A stretch of DNA of 32,000 bases from Vicinamibacterales bacterium (GCA_965214845.1 CBDCCO010000007.1:5748549-5780548), one strand, 5' to 3'. Positions 1-9,547 are shown, counted from the stretch's first letter. Notes: generated from the sequence alone by a model not told the origin. Program-made: numbers and translations.

Positions 1-35
1 GTGTCGCCGGCCTGAGCGTCCGGAGTCGACCGACC

Positions 36-1232
36 ATGCCCGTGCGCCAGGTGCTCGACCGGGGCGGCGTCCCGGTCAAGATCTTCACCGACGACGTCGA
101 CGAGGCGTCGATCCGGCAGCTTGCCGCCGTCTCGCGGCTGCCGATCGTGGTCGGCCACGTGGCGGCGATGCCGGACGTCCACCTCGGCATCGGCGCGACG
201 GTCGGGTCGGTGATCGCCACGCGGCGCGCCCTGATCCCGGCCGCGGTCGGCGTCGACATCGGGTGCGGCATGAGCGCCGCGCGGCTCACGCTCGACGCCG
301 CGCGGCTGCCCGATTCGCTGCGCCCGGTGCGCGAGGCGATCGAGGCGGCCGTCCCGGTCGGCTTCGCGGCCCACGAGGAACCCGTTGCCGAGCGCAGCGT
401 GCTGGCCGCCCTGCGGCCCGGGCTCGCCCGCATCCTGGCCCGCCACGAGCGGATCGCGACGATGGTCCGCGACGTGCACGCGAAGTGGCCGCGCCAGCTC
501 GGCACGCTCGGCGGCGGCAACCACTTCATCGAGGTCTGCCTCGACGAAGCGGAGCGGGTGTGGGTGATGCTGCACTCCGGGAGCCGCGGCGTGGGCAACG
601 TGCTGGGCCGCTACTTCACGCAGCTCGCCAGGCGGGACATGGAACGCCGGGGTGTCCGACTGCCGGCCAAGGATCTCGCCTGGCTGGACGACGGGTCGGC
701 GCACTTCGCCGACTACGTCGACGCCCTGACCTGGGCGCAGCGCTACGCGCTGGAGAACCGCCGGCTCATGATGACGCGCGTCCTTGCGGCGCTGCGCGGA
801 CTGCTGCCGCCGTTCCGGGTGACGGCCGCCGCCGTCGAATGCCACCACAACTACGTGGCGGAGGAGGAACACTTCGGCGAGCCCGTCTACGTGACCCGCA
901 AGGGGGCGATCCGCGCCGGGCGCGGCGAGCTGGGCATCATTCCCGGCAGCATGGGCTCGCGGTCGTACATCGTGCGCGGACGCGGGTCGCGGGAAGCGCT
1001 GGAGTCGTGCGCCCACGGGGCCGGGCGGCGCATGAGCCGGTCGCAGGCGAAGGCCGCCTACACGGCCGCGGACCTGGCGCGGCAGACGGCCGGCGTCGAA
1101 TGCCGCAAGGACGCCGGCGTCATCGACGAGATTCCCGACGCCTACAAGGACATCGATACGGTCATGGCCCATTCCTCCGACCTGGTGGACGTCGTCCACA
1201 CGCTGAAGCAGGTCGTCTGCGTCAAGGGGTAG
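36..1232 (+). CDS. rtcB: RNA 3'-phosphate ligase RtcB
   Basis: 398-aa ORF carrying RtcB hallmark motifs: 'MPDVHLGIGATVGSV', 'GGGNHFIEV', 'LHSGSRGVGN', 'CHHNY' and 'CAHGAGRRMSR'. Confidence 0.93.
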   Translation: MPVRQVLDRGGVPVKIFTDDVDEASIRQLAAVSRLPIVVGHVAAMPDVHLGIGATVGSVIATRRALIPAAVGVDIGCGMSAARLTLDAARLPDSLRPVREAIEAAVPVGFAAHEEPVAERSVLAALRPGLARILARHERIATMVRDVHAKWPRQLGTLGGGNHFIEVCLDEAERVWVMLHSGSRGVGNVLGRYFTQLARRDMERRGVRLPAKDLAWLDDGSAHFADYVDALTWAQRYALENRRLMMTRVLAALRGLLPPFRVTAAAVECHHNYVAEEEHFGEPVYVTRKGAIRAGRGELGIIPGSMGSRSYIVRGRGSREALESCAHGAGRRMSRSQAKAAYTAADLARQTAGVECRKDAGVIDEIPDAYKDIDTVMAHSSDLVDVVHTLKQVVCVKG

Positions 1233-1332
1233 GTTGGCAGGAATTACGACGTGCAACGGGGAACTACATGGAAGTAGCTGCCAGCCTGTCACCAATCGGG
1301 GTCGGAGGAAGCTCGCCGGGAGTTGATCGCCA

Positions 1333-1734
1333 GTGACGCGCAAGTACTTCGAGAGGCTCGTCGCCCAGGCTCTCCGCGACATCCCGGAGAGCTTTCGCGA
1401 AGCGATGGAGAACGTCGCGCTCGTGGTCGAGGACTACCCGCAGCCCGAGCTGCTGGAAGAGATGGGAATAGAGCCGCCCGACACGTTGTACGGTCTCTAC
1501 CAGGGCACCCCGCTACCGGAGCGGGACTGGTCTCACGGCAACGTGCTGCCCGACACGGTGACGATCTACCAGCAGCCGATCGTCGAAGACTGCTGCGACG
1601 ACGACGAGATTGTCCGCGCCATCCACGAAACCGTGATTCACGAGTTCGGCCACTACTTCGGTCTCAGCGAGGCGGAAATCGAGGAGATCGAGTCGCGCTA
1701 CTGGCGCGGCGAAACCGACGGAGACGACCGCTGA
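1333..1734 (+). CDS. Small zinc metallopeptidase-like protein (zinicin-like, HExxH)
   Basis: 133-aa ORF with a GTG start. It has the motif 'IHETVIHEFGHYFGLSE' (HExxH) and an acidic C-terminus, typical of the small 'metallopeptidase family protein' group. Confidence 0.75.
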   Translation: MTRKYFERLVAQALRDIPESFREAMENVALVVEDYPQPELLEEMGIEPPDTLYGLYQGTPLPERDWSHGNVLPDTVTIYQQPIVEDCCDDDEIVRAIHETVIHEFGHYFGLSEAEIEEIESRYWRGETDGDDR

Positions 1735-1749
1735 CCGGCGCCGGTGCGC

Positions 1750-2010
1750 CTACTCCTTGCCTTCGTCTTCCGGGGTCTCGGCCGCCTGCCTCCTGCGCTC
1801 CGCCCAGTAGTTCTTCATCCGTTCCGACACGGCCTTCTTGGCGTCCGCGGACATCTTGCGCCGCTTGCGCGGAGCCCTCTCGGCAGTTCCGGAGGCGGCG
1901 GCACGGCCCGGCTTGACGCCGCCCAACGCGGCAATTGCGGCATCGATCCGCGCCACGTTGTTCAGTAGCTCGGCCCGCTGTTCCTTCAAGACCGCTATGA
2001 CGTCTTTCAT
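1750..2010 (-). CDS. Hypothetical small basic protein
   Basis: 86-aa ORF with an ATG start, non-random composition and a Lys/Arg-rich C-terminal half ('KRRKMSADAKKAVSERMKNYWAERRR'). No function is recognised. Confidence 0.5.
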   Translation of the reverse strand: MKDVIAVLKEQRAELLNNVARIDAAIAALGGVKPGRAAASGTAERAPRKRRKMSADAKKAVSERMKNYWAERRRQAAETPEDEGKE

Positions 2011-2284
2011 CGTCTTCCCTTGTCTCCTTTATGTCACGGACGGCGACAGACTGGAAAGTATACCGCGAGTCGATCGCCATCCAAAACGGGAGGCCGAGTT
2101 ACCCGCGAACTGTGCGAATCCCCGACCATTAGGAAACGCCGCCAACTTGCCGCCCGCTCGTGCGCAGGGCCTCCGGCTGCCCCCGGCGGCGCACCTTGCG
2201 CCGACCGGGCGCGGCTGGTAGGCTCGACAGCACTTGCATGCGGCGCGCCCGCCGCCGGGCGCGCCCACCGGGAGACCGATTGCC

Positions 2285-3706
2285 ATGCTGAAGACCGTCC
2301 GTGGATCGAGGGTGTCCGTCGCCTGTCCGGCGGCCGGGTTCGTGTTCATCGGCATGGCGCTGGCGCCGCTGCCGGCCGCCGGCGCGGAGCAGGAAGCCGG
2401 GGTGACGTTCAACAGGGACATCGCGCCGATTCTCCAGCGGTCGTGCGAGAACTGCCACCGCCCGCAGGGCGGGGCGCCGATGGCCCTCACCACCTACGAG
2501 GAAGTCCGTCCCTGGGCGCGCTCCATCCGGAATCGCACCCAGTCGCGCGAGATGCCGCCCTGGTTCATCGACAGGAACATCGGCATCCAGGACTACAAGG
2601 ACGACCCGTCGCTCAGCGACCTGGAGATTGCCCTCATCGCCGACTGGGTCGCTGCCGGCGCGCCGCGGGGCAACCCGGCCGACCTCCCGCCGCCGATCGA
2701 CTGGCCGGCCGACGGCTGGAACTACGGCACCCCGGACCTGGTCGTGCCGTCGCCGGAAGGCACCATCGAGGCCGAGGCGGCCGACTGGTTCGGCGAGTGG
2801 GGCGGGACGCCCACCGGCCTGAGCGCGGACCGCTACATCAAGGCGATCGAGGTGAAGGAAGTCCGCACCTGGGAGGATACGAGCGCGGCGGTGGACGCCG
2901 ACGGGCGGGCGGCGCTGGGCCTGTTCGTCGTGCACCACGCGGTCATCGGCGCCGACAGGCTCGAGAACACGCTGACGCCGCTCGACTGCGGCAACGAGAC
3001 CACCTGCGCCAACGACGACCGGCAGTTCTGGCTGGTCCACGAGCTGGGGCAGAACGCGACGATCTATCCCGACGAGGTGGGCGTCACGCTGCCGGCCGAC
3101 TCGGTCGTCACGTTCAACTCGATGCATCTCCACTCCATCGGGCGCGAGGTGCGGGCGCGGCTCGACGTCGGCTTCACGTTCCACCCGGCGGGATACGAGC
3201 CCGAGCATCACCTCGGCGCCACCAGCTTCGGCAGCGTGACGCAGTACGACTACGAGTTCGACATCCCGTCGAACGAGGACAACGTCATGCGCGACGGGTT
3301 CCACCGGCTGACCCGACCGACGAAGCTGCTGACCTTCGAGCCCCACCTCCATTCGAGCGGCAAGCGGATGTGCTTCGAGGCGCTGTATCCGAACAATGCG
3401 CGGGAGGTGCTCAGTTGCGCCGACTACGACCACAACTGGGCGAAGGTGTACGTCTACGCGGATGACGCGGCGCCGCTGCTGCCGGCCGGCACCGTCGTGC
3501 ACGTGATGGCCTGGTACGACAACTCGGTCACGAACAAGAACGTGGTCGACCCGCGCAACTGGAAGGGCTGGGGCAACCGCTCGATCGACGACATGTTCTC
3601 CGCCATCTCGCGGATGGTGTACCTGACCGAGGAGCAGTTCGAGGCGGAGCTCGCCGCGCGCGGCGGCACGCCGGTGTTCGCCGCGTCGCAGGACGACCAG
3701 CAGTAG
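2285..3706 (+). CDS. Secreted CxxCH (heme c motif) protein with a PHM/DBH-like (copper type II monooxygenase-like) C-terminal region
   Basis: I place the start at ATG 2285 ('MLKTVRGS...' followed by a hydrophobic signal) rather than the track start 2234. It has 'FNRDIAPILQRSCENCHRPQG' (CxxCH), 'EMPPWFIDRNIG', and two His-x-His segments ('MHLHSIG', 'EPHLHSSGKRM') that resemble CuM-site motifs. Confidence 0.7.
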   Translation: MLKTVRGSRVSVACPAAGFVFIGMALAPLPAAGAEQEAGVTFNRDIAPILQRSCENCHRPQGGAPMALTTYEEVRPWARSIRNRTQSREMPPWFIDRNIGIQDYKDDPSLSDLEIALIADWVAAGAPRGNPADLPPPIDWPADGWNYGTPDLVVPSPEGTIEAEAADWFGEWGGTPTGLSADRYIKAIEVKEVRTWEDTSAAVDADGRAALGLFVVHHAVIGADRLENTLTPLDCGNETTCANDDRQFWLVHELGQNATIYPDEVGVTLPADSVVTFNSMHLHSIGREVRARLDVGFTFHPAGYEPEHHLGATSFGSVTQYDYEFDIPSNEDNVMRDGFHRLTRPTKLLTFEPHLHSSGKRMCFEALYPNNAREVLSCADYDHNWAKVYVYADDAAPLLPAGTVVHVMAWYDNSVTNKNVVDPRNWKGWGNRSIDDMFSAISRMVYLTEEQFEAELAARGGTPVFAASQDDQQ

Positions 3707-3797
3707 CTCCGCCGGGAGCGGGGCATGGCGGCCCGCGGCCAGGGCCCCGCCGCATGCCGCGCGGGGTCGCCACGGACTGCCGGAGGAGGGCCGCAGG

Positions 3798-4322
3798 ATG
3801 CCTGGATGGACGTGGGGGCCAGCGTTGGCGGTGGTCATGGCGCTCGGCGGCGGCGTGTCGGGCGCGGGTGTGCGGGTCCAGGCGCAGCCGACCGAGGCCA
3901 GCATCCGCTCGGGCATGCGGCTCTACCGCCAGAAGGCGGACTGCCAGGCGTGCCACGGCTGGGCGGGCGACGGCCGCAAGATGGACTACCAGATGCCCGA
4001 CGGGGCCAATCTGCGGGAGAGCCGGCTCAACCGCGAGCAGCTCGTCTTCGTGATCAAGTGCGGCCTGCCGGGCCGCAGCATGCCCGCCTTCGACCGCTTC
4101 GCCTACCGCGACGACCGCTGCCTGGGGCGGACGCAGGCCGACCTGCGGCGGCAGGGCCTCAAGCTGCCCGACCCGGCCGCCACGCTGCAGCCGCGCGAGA
4201 TCGAAAGGCTCGCCGACTTCCTGTTCGCCAAGGTCATGGGGCGCGGCCCGCTGGACCGCGCCGCCTGCATCGACTACTGGGGCGAGGACGTCGAGATCTG
4301 CCGCACGGAGTTCCCCGAGTAA
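3798..4322 (+). CDS. c-type cytochrome (class I-like)
   Basis: GGAGGAGG Shine-Dalgarno sequence upstream, a signal peptide, the heme motif 'CQACH' and a candidate distal Met in 'GRSMPAF'. It is adjacent to PQQ dehydrogenases. Confidence 0.8.
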   Translation: MPGWTWGPALAVVMALGGGVSGAGVRVQAQPTEASIRSGMRLYRQKADCQACHGWAGDGRKMDYQMPDGANLRESRLNREQLVFVIKCGLPGRSMPAFDRFAYRDDRCLGRTQADLRRQGLKLPDPAATLQPREIERLADFLFAKVMGRGPLDRAACIDYWGEDVEICRTEFPE

Positions 4323-4348
4323 GGAGTCTGCGCCGCGGCGCAGACTCC
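4323..4348. terminator. GC-rich palindromic hairpin between convergent genes (possible bidirectional terminator)
   Basis: ggagtctgcgcc/ggcgcagactcc form perfectly complementary arms. The hairpin lies between the cytochrome c stop (4322) and the PQQ-DH stop (4367). There is no clear U-tract. Confidence 0.4.
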
Positions 4349-4366
4349 GGGGCGCTCCCGTCCCCG

Positions 4367-6124
4367 CTACTCCAGCGCGAAGACGAACAGGTAGCTCGAG
4401 TTCTCCAGGTTGTCGTACCGCACCGGATGCAGGTGCCGCCCGCTCGCCTGCACCGCGATGTACTGCCGCGGGCCGACGGCGTAGGTGACGGGCGCCCCCT
4501 TGAGCGGCGTGCCGACGTTGAAGCGCCACAGCTCCTGCAGCGTCTCGTCGTGGTAGCCCACGACCCAGCCGTCCTGCAGCGCCGTGAACACCAGCCCGCC
4601 CGCCGTGGCGAGCATGCCCGAGCGGACCTCGATCTCCGTTATCGCCTTGGCGATGATCTGGTGCGTGTCGGCATCCAACGCCGTGACCGAGCCGTAGTAC
4701 AGGTCGCTCGTGTACTCGCGGCGCTCGCTCGCCGCGCGGTCCACTCCGCCCTCCGGAGACAGCGGCACCACGGCGGCGCCGCTCTGCGAGAAGCAGCCCT
4801 CGGTGCCCGCGCCGTAGGCAATCCCCTTCTCCGGGTTGAACGCCGTCGGCTGGTGCGCGATGCCGCCGTGCCACGTCGGGCAGGCCCGCTTCATCGTGTC
4901 GCGATCGGCGCGCAGCGCGCGCGCCTCGGGGTTGTAGATCTGGACGTCGAGATTCGGGTCGTAGTCCAGCGGCCGGCCGGTGACCGGATCGAGGCCGGCG
5001 GTCCAGTTGAGGTCGTTCACGTACTGCTCGCCCCTGATGAAGGCGCCGCTGGTGCGGTCGAGCGAATAGAAGAACCCGTTGCGCGCGTAGTGGGAGACGA
5101 CCTTGCGCAGCCGGCCGTCGATCATGGTGTCGTAGAGCATGTGGATGCCGACTTCGTCGTAGTCCCACGAGTCGTTCGGCGTGTACTGGAAGTGCCAGGC
5201 GCGCTCGCCGGTGGCGACGTCGACGGCGACGACCGAGTTGGTGTAGAGGTTGTCGCCCGGACGATACTCCGGATCGTAGATGGGATACGGGTTGCCGGTG
5301 CCGAAGATGTACAGGTTGCTCTCCGCATCGTAGGAGCCGGTCTGCCAGACCCCGCCGCCGCCCGTCTTCCAGGCGTTGTGGTCGTCCTTCCAGGTCTCGC
5401 TGCCGGGCTCGCCGGGCTCGGGCACCACGTACCAGCGCCACTTCTCCTCGCCGGTCTCGACGTCGAGCCCGGCGACCCAGCCGCGCGTCCCGGCGTCGCC
5501 GGTGCCGTTCTGGATGATGACCGTGCCGTCCGCCACGAGCGGCGCCGCGCGGAACGCCTCGCGCCCGCCGAACTCGTTGGTCGCGGCGACCTCGTGGTCC
5601 CAGATGATCTCCCCCGTGTCGCGGTCGAGCGCGATGACCCGGCCGTCCGGCAGGTTCGCCAGGACGCGCTCCTCCCACAACGCGATGCCGCGCGTCCGCG
5701 AGCGGTTGCCCTCGTGCTCCACGCCCGGATCGGTGATCCACACGAACTGGCCGTAGTCGGCTTGCCGCGCGTCGATCTTGTAGATGGTGCCCCAGCCGTC
5801 GCTGGTGTACATGAAGCCGTTGTCGATGAGCGGATTGAGCTCGTTCTCGGGACCGTTCTGGCCGGTGTCCTGCATGCCGCCGAGCGCCAGCGCCCACACC
5901 ATCCGCAGATCATTTACGTTGTCGCGATTGATCTGCGTGAGCTTAGAATAGCGCTGGGAGCCGTAGTCCCCGTTCATCAGGAGCCAGTTCTGCGGCTCGT
6001 TCTGGGCGTTGATCAAGCGGTCCCGGTTGACGGTGATCGTGTACTGGCCGCCCAGCGTCACGGCCCAGGCGGAAACGACGAGCGCGCACGCGGCAGCCGT
6101 TCGTAGCAGCAAGTGGCGATGCAT
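4367..6124 (-). CDS. PQQ-dependent dehydrogenase, methanol/ethanol (quinoprotein ADH) family
   Basis: I place the start at ATG 6124 (M13 of the track ORF), which has a GGAGGAG Shine-Dalgarno sequence and a signal peptide ('MHRHLLLRTAAACALVVSAWA'). Repeated beta-propeller 'A(L/V)D..TG...W' motifs are present, along with 'RPGDNLYTNSVVAVD' and 'TPNDSWDYDEVG'. Confidence 0.9.
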   Translation of the reverse strand: MHRHLLLRTAAACALVVSAWAVTLGGQYTITVNRDRLINAQNEPQNWLLMNGDYGSQRYSKLTQINRDNVNDLRMVWALALGGMQDTGQNGPENELNPLIDNGFMYTSDGWGTIYKIDARQADYGQFVWITDPGVEHEGNRSRTRGIALWEERVLANLPDGRVIALDRDTGEIIWDHEVAATNEFGGREAFRAAPLVADGTVIIQNGTGDAGTRGWVAGLDVETGEEKWRWYVVPEPGEPGSETWKDDHNAWKTGGGGVWQTGSYDAESNLYIFGTGNPYPIYDPEYRPGDNLYTNSVVAVDVATGERAWHFQYTPNDSWDYDEVGIHMLYDTMIDGRLRKVVSHYARNGFFYSLDRTSGAFIRGEQYVNDLNWTAGLDPVTGRPLDYDPNLDVQIYNPEARALRADRDTMKRACPTWHGGIAHQPTAFNPEKGIAYGAGTEGCFSQSGAAVVPLSPEGGVDRAASERREYTSDLYYGSVTALDADTHQIIAKAITEIEVRSGMLATAGGLVFTALQDGWVVGYHDETLQELWRFNVGTPLKGAPVTYAVGPRQYIAVQASGRHLHPVRYDNLENSSYLFVFALE

Positions 6125-6186
6125 TGGCGTATCTCCTCCGGGTTGTCGAGGCCGGTACATCTTACAGAGATCGCGCGGGAGGCACG

Positions 6187-7209
6187 ATGAGAAACTGGCT
6201 TGCGCCCGTGGCGTTGACGGTCGCCCTCGGCGTCTGGCCGGGAGCCGGACCGGCGGGCGCCCAGTCGGACGCCGCGTGGACCGCGACCCGCACCGCCTGG
6301 GACGATCCGGACCTGCAGGGCATCTGGGACTTTCGCACGCTGACGCCGCTGGAGCGTCCCGCCGAGCACGCCGGCAAGACGGTGCTCACCCCCGAGGAGG
6401 CGGCGCTCTACGTGCAGGAGCTGCCGTTCAGCAACTGGGACGACCGGGACCGCTGGGACCGCACGCAGGGGTTCAGCTTCGACAGCGACATCGAGCACGG
6501 CTACAACCGGTTCTGGCTGGACTTCGGCACGAGCGTCAACGCCGACCGGCGCACGTCGCTCATCGTCGATCCGCCCAACGGACGCATCCCCTGGGCGCCC
6601 GGCACGGCGTTCCTGCCCGACGGCCGGCTCGCCTGGGTGGAGGGCGAGGAACGGCCGGGCGGCTACGGCGACGCCTTCCTCGGACTCAACGCCGCCGGCC
6701 CCGAGGACCGGCCCCTGGGCGAGCGCTGCATCCTGGGCATGAACTCCGGACCGCCGATGAACCCTGGCGCGTACAACAACAACGTCCAACTGCTGCAGAC
6801 CCCCGACACGGTGGTCGTCTTCAACGAGATGGTCCACGACGCCCGCATCGTGCCCCTGGACGGACGTCCGCCTCTGCCGGCCGGGCTGCGCCAGTGGATG
6901 GGCGACTCGCGCGGGCGCTGGGACGGCGACACGCTGGTGGTCGAGACCGCCAACTTTCTTCGCGAGACGAACTTCGAGGGCTCGAGCGCGCGCCTGCACG
7001 TCGTCGAGCGGTTCACGCGCACGGGCCCCGAGGCGCTCGTCTACGAGTTCACGGTCGAGGACCCGCGCATGTGGACGCAGCCCTGGACGGCGCGGATTCC
7101 CATGCGGAGGACGGCGGGGCCCATCTTCGAGTACGCCTGTCACGAAGGAAACTACGGGCTGTTCAACATCCTGACCGGGGCCCGCGCCAGGGAGCGCGCG
7201 GAGCGCTAG
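6187..7209 (+). CDS. Secreted hypothetical protein, paralog family copy 1
   Basis: Start at ATG 6187 with a GGGAGG Shine-Dalgarno sequence, followed by a signal peptide. Family motifs are present: 'WDDPDLQGIW', 'SLIVDPPNGRIP', 'GPEDRPLGERC', 'DARIVPLDGRP', 'RQWMGDSRGRWDGDTLVVET', 'LHVVERFTR' and 'EYACHEGNY'. Confidence 0.8.
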   Translation: MRNWLAPVALTVALGVWPGAGPAGAQSDAAWTATRTAWDDPDLQGIWDFRTLTPLERPAEHAGKTVLTPEEAALYVQELPFSNWDDRDRWDRTQGFSFDSDIEHGYNRFWLDFGTSVNADRRTSLIVDPPNGRIPWAPGTAFLPDGRLAWVEGEERPGGYGDAFLGLNAAGPEDRPLGERCILGMNSGPPMNPGAYNNNVQLLQTPDTVVVFNEMVHDARIVPLDGRPPLPAGLRQWMGDSRGRWDGDTLVVETANFLRETNFEGSSARLHVVERFTRTGPEALVYEFTVEDPRMWTQPWTARIPMRRTAGPIFEYACHEGNYGLFNILTGARARERAER

Positions 7210-7227
7210 AGACGATCGGAGCCTGTC

Positions 7228-8928
7228 ATGAAACGAGCACGAGCAACGCTGGCCCGCACTCTGCCGGCCATCGTCCTGGCCGCGGCCGCGGCGGGCGGCC
7301 TGTCGGCCCAGGTGCCGTTCGAGCGCCTGCTGGTGGCGGAGGCCGAGCCGCACAACTGGCTCACCTACTCGGGCACCTACTTCAGCCAGCGCTATAGCGA
7401 GCTCGACCAGGTGACGGCGGACAACGTCGGCGACCTGGAGCTGGAGTGGGTCTACCAGAGCGACGTCTTCGGCCCGTGGCAGTCGACGCCGCTGGTGGTC
7501 GACGGCGTCATGTACGTGACGCAGCGGCCCAACGACATCGTCGCGCTCGACGCGCGGACGGGCCGCGTCTTCTGGATCTACCGCTACAACCCCGCGCCCA
7601 ACCACCGCGCCTGCTGCGGGGCGAACAACCGCGGCGTGGCCGTGCTCGGCGACCGGCTCTTCATGGCGACGCTCGACGCCCACGTCGTGGCCATCGACGC
7701 CACCACCGGCGCCGAGCTCTGGGACGTCGTGCTGGCGGACATGGACCTGGCCTACGCCTTCACCCTGGCGCCGCTGGCCGTCGACGGCAAGGTGATCGTC
7801 GGGACGACCGGCGCCGACTCGGGCATTCGCGGCTTCATCTCCGCGCTCGACGCGGCCACCGGCGAGGAGGTCTGGCGCTTCTACACCATCCCGGGACCGG
7901 GCGAGCCGGGACACGAGACATGGGAGCCGTCCCCGCCGGACCCGGAGGCCTACTGCGACCCCGAGGCCTGGAAGCACGGCGGCGCGTCCGCCTGGCTGAC
8001 CGGATCGTACGACCCGGAGCTGAATCTCGTGTACTGGGGCATCGGCAACCCCGGGCCGGACTTCAACCGCGAGCAGCGCCCGGGCGACAACCTGTACTCG
8101 GACTCGGTGGTGGCGCTCGACGCCGACACGGGGCAGATCCGCTGGCACTTCCAGTTCACGCCGGCCGACCCCTACGACTACGACTCGGTGCAGATCCCGG
8201 TGCTGGCCGACATCGTGCGCAACGACACCGAGTTCAAGGTGATGCTGTTCGCCAACCGCAACGGCTTCTACTACGTGCTGGACCGGGCTACCGGGCGCTT
8301 CCTGAGGGGTCTGCCGTTCGTGCGGGTGAACTGGGCGGAGGGGCTCGACGACAGCGGGCGGCCGGTGGAGACGCCGCAGCCGCCCGGCTCGCCGACCTAT
8401 CCCGGCGTGCAGGGCGGCACCAACTGGTTCTCGCCCTCGTTCAGCCCGCGGACGGGCCTGTTCTACATCCCGGCCTGGGAGGACTACGCCACCGTCTTCC
8501 TGGGGGAGCCGCAGGAGTACGCGGCGGGAGAGTCGTTCCTGGGGGGCCGCCTGACCGAGTTCGAGGATTCGCCGGAGGGCGGCCGGCAGGGACCGGGCCT
8601 GACGCGCGGGCCGATCAACGACTGGACGAGCGTGGTGGGGCGCGGGGCGGTCATCGCGCTCGACGGGCTGACCGGCGAGCCGCGCTGGAAGTTCGAGATG
8701 ACGGACGTCATTCGCAGCGGCATCCTGACGACGGCCGGGGACGTGCTGTTCAGCGGCGCGCGGTCGGGCTACTTCCAGGCGCTGCACGCGGAGACCGGCG
8801 AGCTGCTGTGGAAGGTGAACCTCGGCGCGCAGATCCTCAACGGCCCGATGACCTACGAGGTGGACGGCCGGCAGTACGTGGCCATCATCTCCGGACACGC
8901 CCTGACGACCTTTGCGCTCCGTGACTGA
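7228..8928 (+). CDS. PQQ-dependent dehydrogenase, methanol/ethanol family
   Basis: It starts 19 nt after the upstream gene and has a signal peptide. It carries the vicinal Cys pair 'ACCGANNRGV', 'RPGDNLYSDSVVALD', 'TPADPYDYDSV' and propeller 'LD..TG...W' repeats. Confidence 0.9.
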   Translation: MKRARATLARTLPAIVLAAAAAGGLSAQVPFERLLVAEAEPHNWLTYSGTYFSQRYSELDQVTADNVGDLELEWVYQSDVFGPWQSTPLVVDGVMYVTQRPNDIVALDARTGRVFWIYRYNPAPNHRACCGANNRGVAVLGDRLFMATLDAHVVAIDATTGAELWDVVLADMDLAYAFTLAPLAVDGKVIVGTTGADSGIRGFISALDAATGEEVWRFYTIPGPGEPGHETWEPSPPDPEAYCDPEAWKHGGASAWLTGSYDPELNLVYWGIGNPGPDFNREQRPGDNLYSDSVVALDADTGQIRWHFQFTPADPYDYDSVQIPVLADIVRNDTEFKVMLFANRNGFYYVLDRATGRFLRGLPFVRVNWAEGLDDSGRPVETPQPPGSPTYPGVQGGTNWFSPSFSPRTGLFYIPAWEDYATVFLGEPQEYAAGESFLGGRLTEFEDSPEGGRQGPGLTRGPINDWTSVVGRGAVIALDGLTGEPRWKFEMTDVIRSGILTTAGDVLFSGARSGYFQALHAETGELLWKVNLGAQILNGPMTYEVDGRQYVAIISGHALTTFALRD

Positions 8929-8996
8929 AGCGGCGTCGGGCATGCCGTCGAAGCGAACCGCCGCCGTCGGCGATGCTGCACGCGATTCTTCGCCCC

Positions 8997-9320
8997 TCAC
9001 GCATGGAGGGCGAAACGCAGCGCGGCCGCGACCTGCGCCATGCGCTCGCGGGACAGCGTGGTAATGAGCGAGCCGACTCTTGCGCGCGACACGGTCTGGA
9101 TGTGATCGAGGTTGGCGGCGCAGTTTGCGGGCATGCCGTCGTCCGGCGTCAGGACAACCTCGGTGGGGATGTCGCGGATCGTGCGCGTCACCGGTGCGAC
9201 CGTCACCTCGGCGAGAAACTCCAGCGCCGCGGAGCGGGTCAGGATGACCACCGGCCGCTGCTTGTCCGGCCGCTCGAACCGATACCAGCGCACGTCGCCC
9301 CGCTGGATCAGTCTGGCCAC
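8997..9320 (-). CDS. mazF: MazF/PemK-family type II toxin (mRNA interferase)
   Basis: The C-terminal 107 aa of track ORF 8997..9623, with the start placed at GTG 9320, overlapping the antitoxin stop by 13 nt. Motifs: 'RGDVRWYRFERPDKQRPVVILT' and 'ANCAANLDHIQTVS'. Confidence 0.8.
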   Translation of the reverse strand: MARLIQRGDVRWYRFERPDKQRPVVILTRSAALEFLAEVTVAPVTRTIRDIPTEVVLTPDDGMPANCAANLDHIQTVSRARVGSLITTLSRERMAQVAAALRFALHA

Positions 9321-9547
9321 GCCTGCTCCGACTCCCAGGCGTCGAACTCGCCGCGGCGGACGGGATGACGTTCGTAGCCGCGGCGCTGCTGCCGCTCGCA
9401 GGCGTCTGCCTCCAGTTGCGCCAGCGCCGCGGTCAATGCCTCGCGCGTGAAGGCCGACCGGGTTGTCCCGAGGCCCTTCACTGCCGTGTCCACGGCTTCG
9501 ACGAGTTTCCAGTCCAACGTCATCTGGACGGTTCGCATACGCGGCAT
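9308..9547 (-). CDS. Ribbon-helix-helix (CopG/MazE-like) antitoxin
   Basis: 79-aa ORF directly upstream of and overlapping the MazF-like gene. 'MTLDWKLVEAVDTAVKGLGTTRSAFTREAL' fits an RHH strand-helix-helix pattern. The true start may be an internal Met (9538 or 9523). Confidence 0.7.
   Translation of the reverse strand: MPRMRTVQMTLDWKLVEAVDTAVKGLGTTRSAFTREALTAALAQLEADACERQQRRGYERHPVRRGEFDAWESEQAWPD

Noticed and set aside
1233-1332. Possible ncRNA or terminator downstream of rtcB (tggcag...ctgcca and ctac...gtag pairings), considered because RtcB operons sometimes carry Y-RNA or tRNA-like RNAs.
   Set aside because: The stems are short (4-6 bp), there is no U-tract, and I see no recognisable Y-RNA or tRNA-like architecture. 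The evidence is insufficient.
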